Below, in pieces: positions 41,904-51,783 of a stretch of DNA of 64,000 bases. The notes under the pieces are model-generated. The model had not been told where the DNA came from. It saw only the letters and a program-made list of their open reading frames with translations, and searched no databases. Made by a program: the position numbers and the translations under genes. Source of the stretch: Patescibacteria group bacterium. GTDB lineage: Bacteria > Patescibacteriota > Minisyncoccia > Phycocordibacterales > PALSA-1337. Each line of letters starts with the position of its first letter. The stretch's first letter is position 1. The stretch lies in NCBI GenBank assembly GCA_040388415.1, contig JAZKBV010000001.1:74369-138368 (forward strand). Reading direction: 5' to 3'.

Positions 41904-42158
41904 ATGAAGAAAGATATCCATCCAGAGAACTATCGCCCAGTCATTTTCGCCGACAACTCAAGCGGTGCTAAATTCCTCATTCCTTCTACTATCGCTACCA
42001 AGGAGACAGCAAAGTGGACAGACGGCAAGGAGTATCCAGCATTCCACGTTGAAATCTCAAGCGCTTCACATCCTTTCTATACGAACCAGGACAAGACTAT
42101 CGACACTGCAGGTCGCGTTGAAAAGTTCAAGACTCGTCAGGCAAAAGCAAAGAAGTAA
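41904..42158 (+). CDS. rpmE: 50S ribosomal protein L31 type B
   Basis: [27 protein letters not shown]; no Cys. Confidence 0.95.
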   Translation: MKKDIHPENYRPVIFADNSSGAKFLIPSTIATKETAKWTDGKEYPAFHVEISSASHPFYTNQDKTIDTAGRVEKFKTRQAKAKK

Positions 42159-42162
42159 CACG

Positions 42163-42220
42163 AATCTCCGAAAGCAGAATGCCACATAGTGTGGCATTTA
42201 TGCAATTCGGGGATTTTTGT
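42163..42220 (+). terminator. Long hairpin after rpmE
   Basis: AATCTCCGAA..ATGCCACA/TGTGGCAT..TTCGGGGATTTTT. Confidence 0.6.
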
Positions 42221-42242
42221 TTTTGTACTATAATATATCAAT

Positions 42243-43232
42243 ATGTCTATAAACCTCGACACCTACAAAGCCAACCCTAAAACCGCCTTCATGGCTGGTC
42301 TCTACGAAAAACTCCTCAAAGATGAGGCTGAGACGCGCGCTATGGCTGAAAAAGACCCAACGATGAAAGAGCTGGTTGAAGCCGACCTTGTCTCTATTGA
42401 AGAACAAAAGAAGTCGATGATGGCCGAAATGGATGAGATCATCAAGAACGACGTCGTTGAAGAAGAAAAGCCAAAAGAGATTATCATGGAATTCCGCGCA
42501 GGCGCTGGAGGCGATGAAGCAGCCCTTTTCGTGGCTGAGCTCGTCGATATGTACAAGAGATATGCTGAAGCACGTGGCTGGAAGGCGGTCCTTATGGAAA
42601 AATCAGAAAATAGCCTCGGCGGTTTCAAAGACGCTTCTCTTCAGGTGAAAGGCGTTGGCGTATATGAAGACCTCCGCTGGGAAACGGGTGTTCATCGTGT
42701 TCAACGTGTGCCTGAAACAGAAAAAATGGGTCGCATCCACACTTCAACTATCACAGTTGCCATCATGCCACTCCGTAAAAAGTCTAAAGTAGTTCTTAAT
42801 ACTGCTGATCTCGAAATGGAATTTTCACGTGCAGGTGGCAAGGGTGGACAGAACGTTAATAAAGTTGAGTCAGCCGTCCGTCTCGTCCACAAACCAACGG
42901 GTCTCGAAGTACGCTCAACCGCAGAGCGCAGTCAGGGTGCCAACCGCGAGCTCGCTTTACAGATTTTGACAGCTAAGGTTGAGGCTCTCCAGGAAGAGCA
43001 AGAAGCAAAGAAATTCGCGAGTGACCGTAAGGGTCAGATCGGTACTGGCGACCGTTCAGAGAAGATCCGTACCTATAACTATCCTCAAGATCGCATTACT
43101 GATCACCGTATCAAGCAGTCATGGCACAATATCCCCGTTATTCTTGAAGGACGCATCCAGCCTATCATCGATGCTCTCCATGAGTTCGAAAAGACTGGCA
43201 AAGCGGGTGGGGAAGCCGATGATGCCGAATAA
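42243..43232 (+). CDS. prfA: Peptide chain release factor 1
   Basis: GAGGDEA, HRVQRVPETE (PxT motif), GGQNVNK, RSEKIRTYN. Confidence 0.95.
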   Translation: MSINLDTYKANPKTAFMAGLYEKLLKDEAETRAMAEKDPTMKELVEADLVSIEEQKKSMMAEMDEIIKNDVVEEEKPKEIIMEFRAGAGGDEAALFVAELVDMYKRYAEARGWKAVLMEKSENSLGGFKDASLQVKGVGVYEDLRWETGVHRVQRVPETEKMGRIHTSTITVAIMPLRKKSKVVLNTADLEMEFSRAGGKGGQNVNKVESAVRLVHKPTGLEVRSTAERSQGANRELALQILTAKVEALQEEQEAKKFASDRKGQIGTGDRSEKIRTYNYPQDRITDHRIKQSWHNIPVILEGRIQPIIDALHEFEKTGKAGGEADDAE

Positions 43233-43297
43233 CAAATACGGCTTAGTAGCCTTTTAATTGACTTATTTATCGCCTCCTGCTAAGCTATCGTCTACCT

Positions 43298-43990
43298 ATG
43301 TCAGCAAACCACACTATAGATTCTATGTTCAGCGCAGGTGCGCACTTTGGACTTGGCCGTTCACGCCGTCATCCAACAGTCGCTCCTTTTATTTTTGGTA
43401 CAAAAAACCGCACCGATATCTTCGACCTCGAAAAGACAGAAAAGACCCTCGAAACAGCAAAAGCATTCGTTACTGCTCTCGGCAAGGAAGGCAAGACCAT
43501 TCTTTTCGTTGGTGGCAAGAAAGAAGCTTCAGCTCTCATCAAAACAACCGCTATGTCACTCAACATGCCATATGTCGAAGGACGATGGATCGGTGGTACT
43601 CTCACCAACTTCGGTAACATCCGCAAGCGCATCGAGCGTTATGAAAAACTCATTTCAGATCGTGAAAAGGGCGAACTCGCAAAATATACCAAGCGTGAGC
43701 GTATGCTCATCGATCGTGAGATCGCAAAGCTCGAGCGTATGTTCCTCGGTATCGTTTCTCTCAAGAAGATGCCCGAGCTTCTTTTCCTCATTGACCCACG
43801 CAAAGAACAAAACGCTATCGGTGAAGCTGGTCATGCAAAGATCCCAGTTATGGCTCTTGCAAGTTCAGACTGTAATATTTCAGAAGTTAAGTTTCCTATC
43901 GTTGGAAACGACGCAGCAAAGGCTAGTATCCAGTTCTTCTTGAGTGAAATCGCTGCAGCATATCAGGCTGGCAAAAAAGAAGCTAAATAG
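43298..43990 (+). CDS. rpsB: 30S ribosomal protein S2
   Basis: AGAHFG, ILFVG, RWIGGTLTNF, GND. Confidence 0.96.
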   Translation: MSANHTIDSMFSAGAHFGLGRSRRHPTVAPFIFGTKNRTDIFDLEKTEKTLETAKAFVTALGKEGKTILFVGGKKEASALIKTTAMSLNMPYVEGRWIGGTLTNFGNIRKRIERYEKLISDREKGELAKYTKRERMLIDREIAKLERMFLGIVSLKKMPELLFLIDPRKEQNAIGEAGHAKIPVMALASSDCNISEVKFPIVGNDAAKASIQFFLSEIAAAYQAGKKEAK

Positions 43991-44078
43991 GGTATAATAG
44001 ACAGACGATAGACCGTAAAGGTCTGTCTTGGGTTTGTGTAATTTTTGTCTTTTTATTTTTAATTTATAACTTAATTTT

Positions 44079-44675
44079 ATGGCTATCACCATCACCACAG
44101 AACAAGTAAAGGAACTTCGAGACATGACAGGCATCTCTGTCATGCAGTGTAAGAAAGCACTCGAAGAAGCTGGTGGTGACAAGGAGAAAGCTCTCGTTAT
44201 CCTTCGCAAGAAGAGTGGCGAGCTCGCAGCCAAGAAAGGCGACCGTACATTCGGTGCAGGCGTTGTTCAGGCATATATCCATGCAAATGGCAGTGTCGGT
44301 GCGCTCGTCGAGCTCAATTGTGAGACAGATTTCGTATCAAATAACGATGAGTTCAAGACGATCGCCCGCGATATCGCTATGCATGTCACCGCTACGAACC
44401 CAAAATTCCTCAAGAAAGAAGATATCACTGAGTCAGATATGGCTACCGCAAAGGAAGTCTTTCAGAACGAGGTCAAAGACAAGCCAGCTGCTATGCAAGA
44501 AAAGATCCTTGCGGGCAAGCTCGATACATATTTCGCTGAGATGGTTCTTCTCAATCAGCCATTCATCAAGAATCCAGATGTCACTATCCAGGGCTTGGTA
44601 GATGCTGCTATGCAGAAGTTCGGTGAAAAGGTCGCTGTTGGACGCTTCAAGCGTTTCAAGGTGCTCGAAGCCTAG
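44079..44675 (+). CDS. tsf: Elongation factor Ts (short form)
   Basis: VKELRDMTG..M.CKKAL, ELNCETDFV; follows rpsB. Confidence 0.96.
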   Translation: MAITITTEQVKELRDMTGISVMQCKKALEEAGGDKEKALVILRKKSGELAAKKGDRTFGAGVVQAYIHANGSVGALVELNCETDFVSNNDEFKTIARDIAMHVTATNPKFLKKEDITESDMATAKEVFQNEVKDKPAAMQEKILAGKLDTYFAEMVLLNQPFIKNPDVTIQGLVDAAMQKFGEKVAVGRFKRFKVLEA

Positions 44676-44698
44676 TTATTGGCACCTCGGTGCCGCCT

Positions 44699-45082
44699 AT
44701 GTATACACTCATCACAATCTTCTACGCCTCATTTGTTGCCATGACCATCATGGTGTTGTTCAAGCGACATGAGGTGCAGACGAATAAACCTTCGCTCATA
44801 TCGCGCCTCGGACAAGGCAGTGATCATATTTTTCACGCATTATTTGCTTCTGTTGGAAAAGGTATTTCATATATCAATAAGCATACATTCATCGCTGTTG
44901 CGCAGTGGATCACTTTTCACATTCTGGTGCGCGTCAGAAAGGTCTACGTTGAAGTTAAGCATCAAGCATTAGCAAATCCTCATGGCAAGAAGATGATCGA
45001 TGCCGTGCGTGGCCGTGGAGAGGTCAGAGACCACGGTGCTTCGTTTTATCTCCGAAAGATTGCAGAGAAAGGGAATAAGTAA
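44699..45082 (+). CDS. Hypothetical membrane-anchored protein
   Basis: N-terminal TM, basic C-terminal region. Confidence 0.55.
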   Translation: MYTLITIFYASFVAMTIMVLFKRHEVQTNKPSLISRLGQGSDHIFHALFASVGKGISYINKHTFIAVAQWITFHILVRVRKVYVEVKHQALANPHGKKMIDAVRGRGEVRDHGASFYLRKIAEKGNK

Positions 45083-45220
45083 AATTTTCTTGCACTGAAG
45101 CCAAAAATAAGTTAATCTACTTGAACCAGAAATCTGGTTGGATTCTGGTCAATTTCGCTCAAAATTTTTTCAGGCAACGCCAGAAAAATATTTTGATCCG
45201 AATTTTGAAATGCAAAATTC

Positions 45221-45293
45221 GCCGCCTTAGCTCAGTTGGTAGAGCAACTCTTTTGTAAAGAGAAGGTCCTCAGTTCAACTCTGAGAGGCGGCT
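45221..45293 (+). tRNA. tRNA-Thr(TGT)
   Basis: GCCGCCT/AGGCGGC acceptor, GCTC-AGTTGGTA-GAGC D-arm, loop TTTGTAA, GTTCAACT. Confidence 0.93.
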
Positions 45294-45298
45294 CTGAA

Positions 45299-45961
45299 TT
45301 ATTTCTTCGTACTCGTCGCAGCACTTGTCGCCACTAACCCTGGCGCTATCTTTTGAATATCCTCAATAGTATGGAATCCGCTGTAAGTTTTATTGTTGAT
45401 GACCAAACCAGGAAGAGGTGTGCCTATCTTATATATATTGGCGAGTGTCTTGATAGCTGAAACATTCAAATCATTATCAAATGAATAAACGCGGATATTG
45501 CCTGGATAGTGCTGGCGGATATACGTGAGGACATCGCCTTGTTTGTCGCACTCAGGGCACTTTGCCTCGTAGAAATAGAGGACTATGACAGGGCGATTTT
45601 TGCACTGCGAAGCTGAGTTGATGAGGATGTAGTCTTTGATTTCGAGGAGTGAATAGTATTGCTTGAGTGTGATCACGTCCGCGTCTTGACCACGACCAGC
45701 TGATTCGAGGTATGAAAGGCGATCAGACATGTCGCCGAGCTCTTTGCCGAGCTCTGAACTAAAGAGATCATCGCAGGCAGCTGATTTGAGGAGGTTGAAT
45801 TGAGTCTCTGAAGAGAGAATGCTGAGCGAGATAGAGTCCTGCATGGTGCGAACTTCATCGACGCGTCTATTGTCGATCCATGAGCTGATGCCGATTGCGG
45901 TGATAAAAATGGCCGCAGTGATCAAAAACGTGAATCCATATTTTTTCCAATCTTTAGTCAT
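45299..45961 (-). CDS. Membrane-anchored protein with thioredoxin-like domain
   Basis: TM, then VLYFYEAKCPEC..P.LVIN. Confidence 0.65.
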   Translation of the reverse strand: MTKDWKKYGFTFLITAAIFITAIGISSWIDNRRVDEVRTMQDSISLSILSSETQFNLLKSAACDDLFSSELGKELGDMSDRLSYLESAGRGQDADVITLKQYYSLLEIKDYILINSASQCKNRPVIVLYFYEAKCPECDKQGDVLTYIRQHYPGNIRVYSFDNDLNVSAIKTLANIYKIGTPLPGLVINNKTYSGFHTIEDIQKIAPGLVATSAATSTKK

Positions 45962-45972
45962 ATTAAATTTTT

Positions 45973-47223
45973 TTATCGCCAAACTGCTTGCTTACTAAGC
46001 GCCACATTCGCAATTGAGCGGATGATCCAGAATGGGGCAATAAGTGAATATAAGCATACATAACAAGCAATATCAAAGATTTTTACGATATTGCCATGCG
46101 AGAGCTTCATGCCGATAGTTATAAAAGCCATAACGAGCCCAAATGCGACTAGTCCAGCGAATACAAGCGGTGATGTGTGAAGGAAGAACCAATTGAATGA
46201 AGGCAGTGACCACTCAAACATTTTGTAACCGAGCGCTTGGAAATGGACGATATAACTATGGATAGCACGGATAAAGTCGTAACCGAACATCGCAACGACG
46301 AAGAGCACGCTGCCGGCTGATATGAGCATCATTGGAAGGACGAAACCGCCGAGATGGCTGTATTTACGATTGAGGAGCATGCCACGGTAGTCGCGCAGAT
46401 TGTGGAGAAATCCCGAAGTCCAACGTACGCGCTGTTTATAGAGCTTTTTTGGCGTGCGAGGTGAAGAAGTATAGATAACTGCGTCATGTGCGCTGGCGAT
46501 AAGGAGGCCATGTGACTGCATGCGAAGAGCCATTTCCATATCCTCAGTGTTATGAGCTTTTCTGTAATAACCAATCTGCTCAAAAACGCTTTTTCGGAAA
46601 ATAGAAAAGGGTCCAGGGGTAACATATAAGGCGCGCAATTCAGCGAGGATGCTGCGAAGAAATACACCTATGAGGTACTCGGTTTTTTGCATGCGTTGGA
46701 TGACTGTCTCGGGTTTGTAAATATGCAGAGAAGGAACAACTGCCATAACATCAGGATTTACAAATTGCCTCATGATACGCACGAGAGCGTCGGGCTTGGC
46801 ATATGAATCAGCATCAAGACAGCCGACAAATGGCGTCGTAGCGCGAGCAATGCCCATATTGAGGACAGTATGTTTGCCACCATTTTCTTTGTGAATAATT
46901 TCGATCTGAGGATGACTGCTATATTTCGCGAGGGCCAGTGCGGTGCCATCAGTTGAGCCATCATTGATAGCCATGATATGGAGTTTATCTGCAGGATATT
47001 CAAGGGCGAGGAGCGATTCGATGGTTTTTACCGCGGTTGTTTCTTCATTAAAACAAGGGACGATGATGGTAACACCCGGCAAATCAGGATGGATTGGCGC
47101 TGAGGATTTTCTGAGTTTATGCAGGCCTTTACGATGCTCAAGATAGGTGATGAGCATAAACATTTCGAAGTATAGGGACATGAAAAGTATGCCCAAAGTG
47201 ATGATTTCTCGGAGAGAATACAT
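45973..47223 (-). CDS. Processive GT2 glycosyltransferase (PgaC/cellulose-synthase-like)
   Basis: IIVPCFNE, DGSTD, DAD, TED, QRVRW motifs plus TMs. Confidence 0.9.
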   Translation of the reverse strand: MYSLREIITLGILFMSLYFEMFMLITYLEHRKGLHKLRKSSAPIHPDLPGVTIIVPCFNEETTAVKTIESLLALEYPADKLHIMAINDGSTDGTALALAKYSSHPQIEIIHKENGGKHTVLNMGIARATTPFVGCLDADSYAKPDALVRIMRQFVNPDVMAVVPSLHIYKPETVIQRMQKTEYLIGVFLRSILAELRALYVTPGPFSIFRKSVFEQIGYYRKAHNTEDMEMALRMQSHGLLIASAHDAVIYTSSPRTPKKLYKQRVRWTSGFLHNLRDYRGMLLNRKYSHLGGFVLPMMLISAGSVLFVVAMFGYDFIRAIHSYIVHFQALGYKMFEWSLPSFNWFFLHTSPLVFAGLVAFGLVMAFITIGMKLSHGNIVKIFDIACYVCLYSLIAPFWIIRSIANVALSKQAVWR

Positions 47224-47349
47224 GGGGGATAGTATGCCACAAAGTTGATGATTTTACTAGATAATGCGTGATATACTATTATGGTATATAATCATATTCA
47301 CATGAGCTTATGTCCTAAGCTCGGTTTACTATTTATTATTTTAATTCAC

Positions 47350-47826
47350 ATGTCTACAACAGATACTCAATACCTCACCAATGAAAAGTTTGCTGAACTC
47401 AAAAAAGAACTCGAATTTTTGAAGGCAGAAAAACGGAAGGAGGTAGCAGAGCATCTCGAGTATGCAAAAAAGCTCGGCGACCTTTCTGAAAATGCGGAGT
47501 ACCATCAAGCTCGCGAAGAGCAAGGCGAGGTGGAAGATCGCATACGCTATGTTGAAAATCTCCTCAAGAATGCAGTCATCGCAACTGCAACCTCAGGCAA
47601 TCTCGTCACTGTTGGCTCTACGGTCAGACTTGAAAAAGATGGCGTCAAAGATAACAAGTCTATGGTCTTTACTATTGTCGGTTCAGAAGAAGCTGATACA
47701 GCACAAGGCAAGATCTCGAACGTGTCACCACTCGGCTCAGCGCTTATCGGCCACAAAGAAGGAGACAAAGTGAGCGTTCAGACCCCAAAGGGAACGACCA
47801 TATATCGTGTCGCTGCGCTCAATTAA
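47350..47826 (+). CDS. greA: Transcription elongation factor GreA
   Basis: GDLSENAEY, IVGSEEAD, SPLGSALIG. Confidence 0.95.
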   Translation: MSTTDTQYLTNEKFAELKKELEFLKAEKRKEVAEHLEYAKKLGDLSENAEYHQAREEQGEVEDRIRYVENLLKNAVIATATSGNLVTVGSTVRLEKDGVKDNKSMVFTIVGSEEADTAQGKISNVSPLGSALIGHKEGDKVSVQTPKGTTIYRVAALN

Positions 47827-47830
47827 ACGC

Positions 47831-49321
47831 ATGTCATCATCACTCGACGAACTCAAAAGCATCCGTCTCGCCAAGCTCGAACTTCTCAAAAAATCGGGCA
47901 TCGACCCATATCCAGCGAAAGTGCCTCGTGATTTTTGCTTGGCTGATGCAAAAGCTGGTTTTGCAGAATATGATGAAAAGGGTACAGGTACACATGTTGG
48001 TAAGCCAGTTTCTCTCGCCGGGCGCGTCATGGCAATTCGCGGGCAGGGAGCGATTCTCTTTGTTGTTCTCGATGATGGTAAGTCTACATTTCAAGCGGTT
48101 ATCAAAAAAGACGTATTGAATGGAACAACACCACAAACACAGTTTGATTTCTTTACCAGCGTCGTTGATATCGGCGATATCATCAGCGTGACCGGTACAT
48201 TCTTTGTAACACAAAGAGGTGAGCAGAGTATCCTTGTTACCTCATGGACAATGGCTTCAAAGTCACTTCTTCCATTGCCGGAAAAGTGGCATGGCATCAC
48301 GGATCCCGACGAGAAGCTCCGCAAGCGTTATCTCGATTTCATCATGGACGGTGAGACGAGAAATCTTTTTTATAAAAAAGCGAAGTTTTGGGATACCATG
48401 CGTCGCATACTCAAAGCCGAAGGATTTTTGGAAGTAGAAACGCCGACGCTTGAAACAACGACTGGTGGCGCTGAAGCTCGTCCGTTCGTCACTCAGCACA
48501 ATGACTATGATATTGATGTCTATCTCCGTATCTCTGTTGGCGAGCTCTGGCAGAAGCGTCTCCTTGCTGCAGGTTTTCCTCGAACATTTGAGATCGGACG
48601 CTTGTATCGCAATGAAGGCTCAAGCCCAGAGCATGCGCAAGAATTCACCAACCTCGAATTTTACGCATCGTATTTTTCTTTTGATGATGGCGTCTCATTT
48701 ACCGAAAAGCTTATAAAGACGGTCGCAGAGGAAACATTCGGCAGTTTGTCTTTTGATATAAAAGGCGAGAAGGTAGATCTTTCAATCGCATGGCCACATA
48801 TAGACTATGTCGATACCGTTGAAAAGATGACTGGTATCAATGTGCTCACAGCATCAGAAAAAGATATGACGGCAAAGCTCAAAGAGCTCCATGTCGATTT
48901 TGAAGGAATGAATAGGGAGCGTCTGACTGATACCTTGTGGAAATATTGCAGGAAGCAGATCACTGGTCCCGCATGGCTCATCGGCCATCCAAAGCTCGTT
49001 TCGCCGCTCTCAAAAGCTGATCCTGCACGACCTGAGACGACCTTGCGCGCACAACTCATCTTGGGCGGAGCAGAGATGACCAATGGTTTTTCAGAATTGA
49101 ATGATGCCGTTGAGCAACATAGCCGTTTTGATGTACAGCAGAAGTTGATTGAGAAAGGGGATGAAGAAGCAATGATGCCTGATTGGGAATTTGTTGAAAT
49201 GCTCGAGCATGGCATGCCTCCTGCATTCGGTTTTGGTATGGGAGAGCGCCTCTTCTCAGTTCTCGCTGGTAAGACACTCCGTGAGACACAGTTGTTCCCA
49301 TTGATGAAGCCAAAGAAGTAG
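47831..49321 (+). CDS. lysS: Lysine--tRNA ligase (class II)
   Basis: LPEKWHG, EVETP, GGAEARPF, YRNEG, GMPPAFG.G.G. Confidence 0.95.
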   Translation: MSSSLDELKSIRLAKLELLKKSGIDPYPAKVPRDFCLADAKAGFAEYDEKGTGTHVGKPVSLAGRVMAIRGQGAILFVVLDDGKSTFQAVIKKDVLNGTTPQTQFDFFTSVVDIGDIISVTGTFFVTQRGEQSILVTSWTMASKSLLPLPEKWHGITDPDEKLRKRYLDFIMDGETRNLFYKKAKFWDTMRRILKAEGFLEVETPTLETTTGGAEARPFVTQHNDYDIDVYLRISVGELWQKRLLAAGFPRTFEIGRLYRNEGSSPEHAQEFTNLEFYASYFSFDDGVSFTEKLIKTVAEETFGSLSFDIKGEKVDLSIAWPHIDYVDTVEKMTGINVLTASEKDMTAKLKELHVDFEGMNRERLTDTLWKYCRKQITGPAWLIGHPKLVSPLSKADPARPETTLRAQLILGGAEMTNGFSELNDAVEQHSRFDVQQKLIEKGDEEAMMPDWEFVEMLEHGMPPAFGFGMGERLFSVLAGKTLRETQLFPLMKPKK

Positions 49322-49390
49322 TACTTGATAAGTTCTATTTTTTGTGGTAGTTTGATTTTGAACAAGATTTAAAAAAGAGAAAGGCACGTT

Positions 49391-49780
49391 GTGATAGAAA
49401 AACAAAAAAGACCAGTTGCATTAAACAAATTGGTTTCTAAGCTCAATAATCGTGAGTTACGAAAATTTGCTCACGGCGCATTTGTTTCGATTCGAACGCG
49501 GTCACGAAACAAAAATGTTTCTGCGGGAAAGATTTCCTCGCTTGAGAAGCGTATTTTTCTTCGCTGTAAGCGTTTGCATGATCATTTCGAGCAACTTGAA
49601 TACTCCGGTATGTTTCGGGAATCATCCGAATACGAAGAAGTCTTGACTGTGGTGGGCCGTATTCTGAAGCGTTCATTGGATCATACCTATCGCGATGGTG
49701 CCCTTCAAGAATCAGTTGGTTATGTCGTGAGCACTTTCGAAAATCATACCGGTATTATTGTTAGCGTTTTACCGGGCTAG
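49391..49780 (+). CDS. Hypothetical protein
   Basis: ORF fills the lysS-mraZ gap; no motif recognised. Confidence 0.4.
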   Translation: MIEKQKRPVALNKLVSKLNNRELRKFAHGAFVSIRTRSRNKNVSAGKISSLEKRIFLRCKRLHDHFEQLEYSGMFRESSEYEEVLTVVGRILKRSLDHTYRDGALQESVGYVVSTFENHTGIIVSVLPG

Positions 49781-49845
49781 AATCTGTAATCGTTAGTTAT
49801 CAAAGGAAGCAATTAAAACCTGCTTCTTTTTCATTTATGCACCTG

Positions 49846-49918
49846 TTATCCACAGATTATTTTATAGGCAAATATACATAGAGTGGGGTAGAATGGTAAC
49901 CAAGTGGGATGAAGTAGG
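49846..49918 (+). promoter_or_regulatory. DnaA box plus MraZ-binding repeats upstream of the dcw operon
   Basis: TTATCCACA at 49846-49854; GTGGG/ATGGT/GTGGG/GTAGG at ~10-bp spacing (49883, 49893, 49904, 49914). Confidence 0.75.
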
Positions 49919-49974
49919 AAATCAGCCGACCTTTCGAGGTACGCTGTTCACCGAAAATTCTCACCATAAACTAT

Positions 49975-50418
49975 ATGCTCATCGGAGAACATCAGCATAC
50001 ATTTGACGACAAAGGTCGCATTTCGCTCCCCGCCAAGTTCCGCAAGGAGCTCGGGTCGACAGTTGTGATCGCGCCAGGCATAGATAACTGTCTGTTCGTG
50101 TTTACAGTAAAGGAGTGGAACACATTCGCGAACCGTTTGTCGACAAATGATAATGCTTCGATGTTGCGCACCGACAATCGTAATTTCAATCGCCTGATTA
50201 TCGGACGGGCGGTTGAAACATCGGTTGATAGTATCGGCCGCATCCTTGTACCAGAGCATTTGAGACAGCATGCAGGTCTCACCGTCGCAACCACGATTAT
50301 CGGCGTTATGAATCGCCTCGAGATCTGGAATGCAGACGTGTGGTCGGCATATCGCACAGAGTTCGGTAAGAAGACTGATGTCATAGCTGAAAAGCTTGCA
50401 TCTGCAGGAGTGATTTAA
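49975..50418 (+). CDS. mraZ: Transcriptional regulator MraZ
   Basis: DDKGRISLPAKFR, DSIGRILVP, RLEIW. Confidence 0.95.
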   Translation: MLIGEHQHTFDDKGRISLPAKFRKELGSTVVIAPGIDNCLFVFTVKEWNTFANRLSTNDNASMLRTDNRNFNRLIIGRAVETSVDSIGRILVPEHLRQHAGLTVATTIIGVMNRLEIWNADVWSAYRTEFGKKTDVIAEKLASAGVI

Positions 50419-50421
50419 GTC

Positions 50422-51441
50422 ATGAAGAACGAAGTAAGTAGTACGGTTCATGTCCCTGTTCTTTTACATGAGATCCTAGAAACATTTCGACAAGAAGTCG
50501 GAAGTTGGAAGTCGGGCGTCAGGGGAGATGCGTCCTCTGGCTCCAGACTTCCAGCTTCTGGAACTTCATTCTGGTATATCGATGGAACACTTGGGGGTGC
50601 GGGGCACGCTCTCGCTCTCGCCAAAGAGTTTCAAAAGATTATGGCAGAAGGCGCGCACACAGGTGCAAAGTTGAATGTTATCGGTTTCGATAGAGATGAT
50701 CAGGCCATTGCGCGTGCTGAGGAATCATTGAAAGGGTTGAGCGACAAGCTTATCCTCGAAAATGAGAACTACCGCAATCTCGATGTCATTCTCGGAAAGC
50801 ATGGCGTGCCAGCAGTTGATTTTATTCTTCTTGATTTGGGTATCTCTTCAGATGAGCTCGATAATTCAGGTAGAGGATTTACTTTCTTGAAAGATGAGCC
50901 ACTCTTGATGACCATGGGAGATCCAGTCAAGCATCCTTTCACTGCAAAAGACATCGTGAACGGATGGAAAGAAGAAGATATAGCGAATGTTATTTTTGGA
51001 TACGGAGAGGATAGATACGCGCGTCGTATTGCAAAGAAGATTGTTGAGTATCGTGAAAAGACAGAGATCAAAACAACGATGGAGCTTGCTGAGATAGTGA
51101 AGAGTGCGGTACCAAAACAGTTTCGCTCGTTCGGCAAGAAAACGATTCATCCCGCAACGAAAACATTTCAAGGATTGCGCATAGCAGTTAACGATGAGCT
51201 CGGTGCACTGAAAGAAGGTTTAACAAAAGGGTATGCGCATTTAGCACCAGGTGGACGCATGGCAGTCATTTCATTTCATAGTCTCGAGGATCGTATTGTT
51301 AAAGAATTTTTTAAGGAGAAAAAAGAAACTGGTAATGCACACATTTTAACTAAGAAACCAGTAACGGCAGTACCGCAAGAGATAGCAGAGAATCCACGAT
51401 CGAGAAGCGCAAAATTACGAATCATAGAAAAAATTAATTAA
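50422..51441 (+). CDS. rsmH: 16S rRNA m4C1402 methyltransferase
   Basis: HVPVLL, DGTLGGAGH, DLGISS, HPATKTFQ, FHSLEDR, NPRSRSAKLR. Confidence 0.95.
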   Translation: MKNEVSSTVHVPVLLHEILETFRQEVGSWKSGVRGDASSGSRLPASGTSFWYIDGTLGGAGHALALAKEFQKIMAEGAHTGAKLNVIGFDRDDQAIARAEESLKGLSDKLILENENYRNLDVILGKHGVPAVDFILLDLGISSDELDNSGRGFTFLKDEPLLMTMGDPVKHPFTAKDIVNGWKEEDIANVIFGYGEDRYARRIAKKIVEYREKTEIKTTMELAEIVKSAVPKQFRSFGKKTIHPATKTFQGLRIAVNDELGALKEGLTKGYAHLAPGGRMAVISFHSLEDRIVKEFFKEKKETGNAHILTKKPVTAVPQEIAENPRSRSAKLRIIEKIN

Positions 51442-51450
51442 ACAGAGAAC

Positions 51451-51783
51451 ATGACCAAAGCACTCGCACAAACATATACGACCGTACATACCTATCGCGT
51501 GATGATCATGCGTGTGTTATGTGTTATGTGCGCACTTGCGACGCTCTGGTACGGCATCAACGTTTACTCAGCCATATCGCGTACGATCGCTGCTGAAAAT
51601 ATCTCAAAAGAGGCGAGTGCGCTCAGTAATAGCGTCAACCAGCTCGGTTCTGATTATATAAAACTCTCACACTCTGCTTCACCAAGCGCCCTTTCTCAAT
51701 ATGGCATGAACTTGGGACAAGTTACTGCGTATATTCCTCGCACAACATCAGTCAGCGTTGCTCTTTCGAGCCATGAACTCTAA
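51451..51783 (+). CDS. Probable FtsL-like protein
   Basis: Position between rsmH and ftsI; TM plus short coiled coil. Confidence 0.6.
   Translation: MTKALAQTYTTVHTYRVMIMRVLCVMCALATLWYGINVYSAISRTIAAENISKEASALSNSVNQLGSDYIKLSHSASPSALSQYGMNLGQVTAYIPRTTSVSVALSSHEL

Noticed and set aside
44040-44078. T-rich tract before tsf with possible period 7
   Set aside because: Too low in complexity to distinguish from an ordinary U-rich leader.
44079-44675. Short EF-Ts (and ValS lacking the C-terminal arm) as truncations
   Set aside because: Short EF-Ts is a known natural form; both genes keep their core motifs and clean ends.
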